From Mesotaenium endlicherianum (Eukaryota): DNA of 64,000 bases. A program made the position numbers and the translations under genes. Under the pieces are notes generated by a model that saw only the letters and a list, made by a program, of their open reading frames with translations, was not told where the DNA came from and made no database searches. This document shows, piece after piece, positions 58,583 through 64,000 of the stretch (within the stretch, counting starts at the first letter, position 1; every line of letters starts with the position of its first letter). The stretch spans positions 1-64,000 of the forward strand of contig WELA01000232.1 in the NCBI GenBank assembly GCA_009602735.1, written 5' to 3'.

Positions 58583-58972
58583 TCAATCTCTTTCCACCAG
58601 TGTAGACTCCGGCGTCCTCGTTATCATAACATAGCCATATTCTATGGTACGCCAGGCCAGGTTATAGCAGTTATGATAGTCCCCGAATATATGCGTCATA
58701 AAATGGAAATCAAACCCCTTACGTTCTAATGCCTCGGCTTTGATCTTAACCCGGACCTCATCTTTAATCACTTTTTTCAGGATCTCGTAATTCCGCTTCA
58801 GCTTCTTATTGACCCGCCCCAGTTCCAGCGTTTCCTGTTTCCGCAGTTCGTTAAAGAACTTGTTTTTATGTTCTTCATCGCAGAACTTCTTATTGCTCCT
58901 CCACTCAGGTATTTCCTTACCACACCACCTACAGGGGTGTTCGATTTTTCGCTTCCGGCTTTGTGTTGCCAT
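58583..58972 (-). CDS. conserved Bacteroidetes hypothetical protein with N-terminal Zn-ribbon-like motif
   Basis: CRWCGKEI...KKFCDEEH..FFNE; NKKLKRNYEILK; KGFDFHFMTH. Confidence 0.7.
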   Translation of the reverse strand: MATQSRKRKIEHPCRWCGKEIPEWRSNKKFCDEEHKNKFFNELRKQETLELGRVNKKLKRNYEILKKVIKDEVRVKIKAEALERKGFDFHFMTHIFGDYHNCYNLAWRTIEYGYVMITRTPESTLVERD

Positions 58973-59108
58973 AGGGAAATCAGTTGATTACCCGAATCTA
59001 CACAAAAGAAGACAGAATTAAACCGGTTTGAAACGGTTTTAATTCCGTGTAACACAGGTTGATTCTCCGGCCCGTCCAAGCTTTGCAGTAACCAAACGGA
59101 TTAAAGCC

Positions 59109-59438
59109 ATGAAAACGCAAAACACAGTACAGCTCATCGGCTACCTCGGACTGGATCCCATTTTACGCACCGCCATCAATGGCTCCAAACTGGCCCGTTT
59201 CAGGGTCGCAACCGACTATTTCCGCCGCCATAAAGACGGCTCAGTAACCAAAAAAGTGACTTGGCACAATGTGCTGGCATGGGACTGGCTCGCCGAAAAA
59301 ATACCCGGCAATTTCATCAAGGGCAGCCATGTCCTCATCAAAGGCGAAATCCGCCACCGCAAATTCAAAAACAAATCCGGCAAGCTGCAGTCCATCACCG
59401 AAGTGCGCGCATCGGAACTCCTAAACCTTGATCGTTAA
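59109..59438 (+). CDS. ssb: single-stranded DNA-binding protein (short, no acidic tail)
   Basis: NTVQLIGYLGLDP, FRVAT, TWHNVLAW, KGSHVLIKGEI. Confidence 0.9.
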   Translation: MKTQNTVQLIGYLGLDPILRTAINGSKLARFRVATDYFRRHKDGSVTKKVTWHNVLAWDWLAEKIPGNFIKGSHVLIKGEIRHRKFKNKSGKLQSITEVRASELLNLDR

Positions 59439-59456
59439 TCACCCAACCATTCTGCC

Positions 59457-60026
59457 ATGCCAGCAAAAAGAAATACCATGCCCTACCGCGGCGTCAAACG
59501 GGTCTCCGGTTGGGGATGCCAGTTTGATTCACTGACCGAGCTCAAATACGCCATGTCTATTATGGAGGATTACTATTTTCTCCGTTCACCGGTTTCTATC
59601 TACTATCATCCGGGTACAAAAATTACCATTGACCAGGTTCGCAGGTGTCATCTGCGCTACACACCGGATTTCCTGATCCGCCACAAGCAAACCTTCGAAG
59701 CATATCTGATTGAAATCAAACCCCGCGTATTTCAAAATCACCCGCAGTTGGTTTTACGCAAAGCCATCGCAGAAAATTACATCGCCCGGAAAAGGCTTGA
59801 CTGGCGATACAAGGTCGTTTTTGACGACGAGGTCATATTAAACTCAGACCAACTGGACGCCTTTAATACCTGCCCATCATTGCACACCAAGCAGGAAGTA
59901 GCTAATTGGTTCAACGATTACTGTCTTCGGGTGGGCCATACCTTCCCGGATAATCTATTGACAGACCTGGTCATCTCTGGCCCATCTGCCAAGACACCCA
60001 AATGGAAACAAATGCGCTTACTCTAA
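59457..60026 (+). CDS. TnsA-like PD-(D/E)xK endonuclease
   Basis: FDSLTE..., YTPDFLI...LIEIKP. Confidence 0.75.
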   Translation: MPAKRNTMPYRGVKRVSGWGCQFDSLTELKYAMSIMEDYYFLRSPVSIYYHPGTKITIDQVRRCHLRYTPDFLIRHKQTFEAYLIEIKPRVFQNHPQLVLRKAIAENYIARKRLDWRYKVVFDDEVILNSDQLDAFNTCPSLHTKQEVANWFNDYCLRVGHTFPDNLLTDLVISGPSAKTPKWKQMRLL

Positions 60027-60037
60027 AAATCAACCCG

Positions 60038-60562
60038 ATGTTCATCAATACATATACCCACAAATCACAGATGGTCTATTACAAAGGCCACGTGCTTGAT
60101 TCGCTCCTCGAATTAAAATATGTGCTGACTATTGAAGACACGCATGCCTGGCTGCGCGACGGACTGGAGATTTACTACGACTTGGAAAAGTTGACGCCCG
60201 GTTTGAAAGAACACCTGAACTGCTACCGTCCCGACTTCCTGATCCGCAACTGGCAGACAGTTCAGGCAGAGTTGATTGAGTTAAAGCCTGCCGGGTTCTG
60301 CGACGACAATCGCCATAGAAACAGACGGATCACCTCCGAGTGCATGGCCGGCTTCGCTTACGATTGGAATTACCACTACGTGTATGGTTCACAAATAAAC
60401 TTGTCGGACGACCAGCAGCAAAAATTCCGCGATGTGCTGCGCACGCAGGGCGACTGGCGACACAAGCCCTGCATACATTTATTACAAAATACCTCCACGC
60501 TTTCCGACACCCAGTACAGGGAATTTGTAATGACGGGTCGGTTGCCCGCTTCCATCGCCTGA
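60038..60562 (+). CDS. second TnsA-like PD-(D/E)xK endonuclease
   Basis: LDSLLELKY, YRPDFLIRN...LIELKP; paralogue of the upstream gene. Confidence 0.7.
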   Translation: MFINTYTHKSQMVYYKGHVLDSLLELKYVLTIEDTHAWLRDGLEIYYDLEKLTPGLKEHLNCYRPDFLIRNWQTVQAELIELKPAGFCDDNRHRNRRITSECMAGFAYDWNYHYVYGSQINLSDDQQQKFRDVLRTQGDWRHKPCIHLLQNTSTLSDTQYREFVMTGRLPASIA

Positions 60563-60720
60563 TCGGGCCTGCTTGCGACGCTCCGTTCATCTGTATCGCA
60601 CCATTCTTACTGTATCCCTGCTTACATCATTGCAACGATTCCTAATCAACCCCTCCGCCCGGCGGCGAGGGGATTGATCAGCAATCTCCTGCACCAATTA
60701 TTCATTCTAAAAAACACATT

Positions 60721-61098
60721 ATGGAATTCACAGGAAGAATCACCGCAGACGCAAAGGTGAGCACAGTCAAAGCAGACAAAGAAGTAGTCAACTTCTCAGT
60801 GGCAATCAACGACCGCTACCGCTCTAAAGGTTCAAACGAAACCAAGGAGTTCGTCACATTCATCAATGTGGCCTGGTGGATGGGACCTGGGATCGCAAAG
60901 ATCCTTCGCAAAGGAGCCATCGTCACCGTCACAGGACGCTTGTACGTAACGGCTTACAAAGACATGCAGGGCGAAGCCAAAGCCAGCATCAACTGCCACG
61001 CCAGCGAAATCAAACTGGTTCATTCGAAGAAATCAGAGGGACAGGCTGAAACAAACCCGGTCGAGGTCGCCGAACCAGTAGAAGACCTCCCCTTTTAA
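60721..61098 (+). CDS. ssb: single-stranded DNA-binding protein (ICE type)
   Basis: GRITADA, VVNFSVAIND, KGAIVTVTGRL, C-terminal EDLPF. Confidence 0.92.
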   Translation: MEFTGRITADAKVSTVKADKEVVNFSVAINDRYRSKGSNETKEFVTFINVAWWMGPGIAKILRKGAIVTVTGRLYVTAYKDMQGEAKASINCHASEIKLVHSKKSEGQAETNPVEVAEPVEDLPF

Positions 61099-61119
61099 TC
61101 ACTCTTTAAATCAATCAAA

Positions 61120-62178
61120 ATGGCACACCTACTAAATTTCAACGAACTCACCGGAGCACATAGCTTCTTTTCCGTAAAAGAAAAACCCTGGCACGGCCTC
61201 GGCACCATCGTAGATGCGTATCCCACCAGCCGCGAGGCACTGCAATTTGCAGGCCTAGATTACACAGTGGAAAAACGCCCCCTGTTTACCTACGACAATG
61301 AAAACCAGGCAGCGGACGAAGAAACCGGTATCAAAATCCCTGAGATAACGGTGCCCGATTACTACGCGACCATCAGGACGGACAATGAAGCGGTATTGGG
61401 TGTTGTCGGTAAAGATTATGAAGTAGTTCAGAATGTAGACGCCTTCTCCTTCTTTGACGCAATCGTAGGCGGCGATGGCATCCTATACGAAACCGCCGGA
61501 GCGCTCGGCAAGGGCGAACGCATTTTCATCACCGCAAAGCTGCCCGGTTATATCAGGGTCGGCAGCGGCGACTGCATTGAGAAGTACCTGTTCCTCACCA
61601 CATCCCACGACGGTTACGGCAGCATCACAGCGGCGTTTACACCTGTACGTATTTGCTGCAATAACACCTTAAACGCAGCGCTTCGAAACCACACAAACGC
61701 CATTAAAATCAGACACACTTTGGGTGCCAAAGAAAGGCTGGAACAGGCGCACAAACTGATGGGAATCAGCAACCAATTATCGGTACAAATGGAAGAGATT
61801 TTCAACCATTGGTCAAGGGTTTCCTTGACCGAGAAAGAGGTCAAATCATTGATCCGGCAGACACTTGTACCGAATAAGGAAGCGCTGATGGCACTGGAAG
61901 CGGGGAAAACGGATGAGTGTTCAACCTACTACCGGAACATGTGTGATACCGCGTTTACCTACGCCATGTCCAACGACACGCAGCAAATGGAAACCACCCG
62001 CGGAACCTTGTTCGGTGCCTATAACGGTATCACGGGCTACTTCCAGAACGTCCGCAAGTACAAGGATGATACCGCTAAACTGAAATCTGTCTTGTACGGT
62101 GGCCTTGCCCAGCAACGTGGCCAGGAAGCCTTCAACCTCTGCACCAGATTCGCCGCCGGCGAAATAAACCTGAATTAA
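61120..62178 (+). CDS. DUF932-family phage/plasmid protein
   Basis: FFSVKEKPWHGLG, YEVVQNVDAFSFFD, YETAGALGKGERIF, SHDG, TPVRICCNNTL, GTLFGAYN. Confidence 0.9.
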   Translation: MAHLLNFNELTGAHSFFSVKEKPWHGLGTIVDAYPTSREALQFAGLDYTVEKRPLFTYDNENQAADEETGIKIPEITVPDYYATIRTDNEAVLGVVGKDYEVVQNVDAFSFFDAIVGGDGILYETAGALGKGERIFITAKLPGYIRVGSGDCIEKYLFLTTSHDGYGSITAAFTPVRICCNNTLNAALRNHTNAIKIRHTLGAKERLEQAHKLMGISNQLSVQMEEIFNHWSRVSLTEKEVKSLIRQTLVPNKEALMALEAGKTDECSTYYRNMCDTAFTYAMSNDTQQMETTRGTLFGAYNGITGYFQNVRKYKDDTAKLKSVLYGGLAQQRGQEAFNLCTRFAAGEINLN

Positions 62179-62184
62179 TCACTT

Positions 62185-62216
62185 AAAAGGGCAGCGGTCA
62201 GACCGCTGCCCTTTTT
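62185..62216 (+). terminator. intrinsic terminator (bidirectional-looking)
   Basis: AAAAGGGCAGCGGTC-A-GACCGCTGCCCTTTTT directly after the DUF932 stop. Confidence 0.85.
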
Positions 62217-62422
62217 CTATAAATCTTTTCCAAAATCACGGGTCTCAGTGACAAACTGATCAAAATAGCCAACCCGGAAATAATTTTTCATTTCTGCGAT
62301 ATATAAATCTGAGCCATACCTATACCCCAAAAAAACTACGGGCTAGCACGCATAAATCACGTACTTGTACGCTATGATCCCATCATTGCACCCAATACCT
62401 TTACACCCTAAATCATTACTAC

Positions 62423-62683
62423 ATGACCCAATCTCCCGTTGTATACACCACACTCTCCCCTGAAGAATGTGCTGACCCCGCGATCGTGATTTCAGAACTG
62501 TTCCTTGACCTCGGCCTGCCCATCGTCAAACAATATATGTGGGAAGGATTGAAAGCTACCGTGAGCGGCACGTTTTATCACCTCTCAAAACGGGAGCGAG
62601 AACTGTATCTGATACTTTATGAGCATTTAGAACAGCTTGTTGAGGCCGCACATATCCTCCACGAACAAAAGCGTACACAATAA
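62423..62683 (+). CDS. small hypothetical protein (family of 51283-51537)
   Basis: LSPEECADPAIVISELF...LYEHLEQLVEAAHIL. Confidence 0.7.
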   Translation: MTQSPVVYTTLSPEECADPAIVISELFLDLGLPIVKQYMWEGLKATVSGTFYHLSKRERELYLILYEHLEQLVEAAHILHEQKRTQ

Positions 62684-63074
62684 TAGCCGTTACTGCACGC
62701 GCTTCGTGCAGTAATTCTGTTAGGTGCCGTCGCGAGAGCGACCAGAGTACCTAACATTCTGTTGATCTTCCTGCTGCAGCCCGATATATCTGTGCCTTTT
62801 AATATGCCAAGGAAACTATTTTTTCAACCACCATGTCGCACGCCGGATCGCAGAACAATCGCCTCAAAAAATAGACGTGGGGCAGCCGATTGTCAAAGCG
62901 GATTTGCGCTCAAATGCAGTCCATCCATCCTTCATCACACATCTGCCTCTCTCTACTCCGTTTTATACGCTACCTGCCCGAAATTCAGGCAGCCCGCACA
63001 CTCCCTTTTCATCCTCAATAATTTTATACTGTCAATTCCGGTGAGCCTAGAAAAGGCTTACTGAACCACCATCA

Positions 63075-63165
63075 TCTCAGACGTCTTCGCGCCGTCTGCA
63101 AGATGTACAAACGTTACACGTTTGGGTTCTTTAGCCACTCACTCGGAACTCGTTCGTGGTGCAGA
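63075..63165. other. candidate origin of transfer (oriT)
   Basis: Clustered short inverted repeats (CAGACG/CGTCTG, CAAACG/CGTTTG) immediately upstream of mobC-relaxase. Confidence 0.5.
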
Positions 63166-63180
63166 TAAAATGAGAATGTG

Positions 63181-63561
63181 ATGAAAGAAAAAGAACGTAA
63201 GATTCGCGACCACTGGGTGAATGTGCGCATGACCCAACAGGAGTTTCAAACACTCCAGGCCAACCGAAAAAAAACGCTGGATCGAACCAACAGCGATTAC
63301 ATCCGCAAATTGGTGTTGGGCCAACCGGTAAAAATTCTCACGCGCGATGCCTCAGTCGATGCTTTTACAAACGAGATCATCCAACTTCGAAAAGAGCTCA
63401 ACGCACTTGGCCAGAATTTCAACCAGGCCGTTCGCAAATTACATACCCTCAAAATGATCCCCGAATTCAGAAGCTGGATCACGGAGTATGAACAAACCAG
63501 AAAAGACATTCTCACCCACGCTGAAACCATTTGTTCCACCCTATTGCAAAACAAATCCTGA
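63181..63561 (+). CDS. mobC: MobC-like relaxosome accessory protein (ribbon-helix-helix)
   Basis: VNVRMTQQEF, SDYIRKLVL, ELNALGQNFNQAVRKLH. Confidence 0.88.
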   Translation: MKEKERKIRDHWVNVRMTQQEFQTLQANRKKTLDRTNSDYIRKLVLGQPVKILTRDASVDAFTNEIIQLRKELNALGQNFNQAVRKLHTLKMIPEFRSWITEYEQTRKDILTHAETICSTLLQNKS

Positions 63562-64000
63562 TGGTAGTACGAATCACCACACCCGCCAGCCTGCTGGAAA
63601 CGTTGAACTACCATGAGCACAAAGTTCGCCGCGGTGTGGCCACCTGCATCGCCGAGAACCACTTTCCTTACCCGGTCCACCGGATGAACTTTTATCACAA
63701 GTTGGAATGGTTTCAGCAGCGCAACGAACTCAACACAAGGGCTACCACTAAAACCATCCATGTTTCACTCAACTACGATCCATCCGAGTCATTGACGAAT
63801 GAACGCCTGATCGAGATCGCCGCTGATTACATGCAACGCCTGGGCTTTGACCAGCAACCCTACCTCGTTTACCGCCACCACGATGCGAGCCATCCCCATG
63901 TTCACATCATGGCCACACTGATCCGCGCAGATGGTTCGCGTATTCCAACTCACAACATTGCCCGCGATCAATCTGAACCTGCAAGGACGGCGATTGAGCA
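63561..64000 (+). CDS. relaxase/mobilisation nuclease (MOBP/VirD2-like), runs off window
   Basis: ATG overlaps the mobC stop; LNYHEHKV, HVSLNYDPSE, YMQRLGFDQQPYLVYRHHDASHPHVHI (HUH motif). Confidence 0.9.
   Translation, partial: MVVRITTPASLLETLNYHEHKVRRGVATCIAENHFPYPVHRMNFYHKLEWFQQRNELNTRATTKTIHVSLNYDPSESLTNERLIEIAADYMQRLGFDQQPYLVYRHHDASHPHVHIMATLIRADGSRIPTHNIARDQSEPARTAIE

Noticed and set aside
59457..60562. Tn7-like or CRISPR-associated transposon
   Set aside because: No TnsB, TnsC, TniQ, cas genes or transposon ends visible in the window

Overview
Bacteroidetes-type accessory region, probably inside an integrative conjugative or mobilisable element. Backbone-type genes lie at both ends: SusC/TlpA and XRE regulators on the left; ssb x2, TnsA-like x2, DUF932, MobC and a relaxase on the right. 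The core is a ~42 kb minus-strand biosynthetic operon (7477-49837) that I do not recognise as a characterised pathway. It is headed by a NusG-paralogue (UpxY/LoaP-type) antiterminator whose leader has three tandem ops-like hairpin repeats. It encodes a GriI/GriH-type 3-amino-4-hydroxybenzoate pair with an aryl-AMP ligase, three hybrid NRPS/trans-AT PKS proteins (tandem Cy-Cy-A(Cys), Cys-nucleophile terminal hydrolase), a discrete AT, an HpaB-like monooxygenase with flavin reductase, a heme-oxygenase-like diiron/cupin fusion, a GT2 + GH3 pair, MATE, GyrI-like and SAP-domain proteins, and a TonB-dependent receptor. A DDE insertion sequence interrupts the operon, and its terminal inverted repeat is itself interrupted by a complete group II intron. 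The flanks carry defence-like cargo (DUF2971, SIR2-like chimera, DNase II, ApeA-like HEPN) and several deletion or fusion scars. All calls come from motif recognition by eye; no searches were run.
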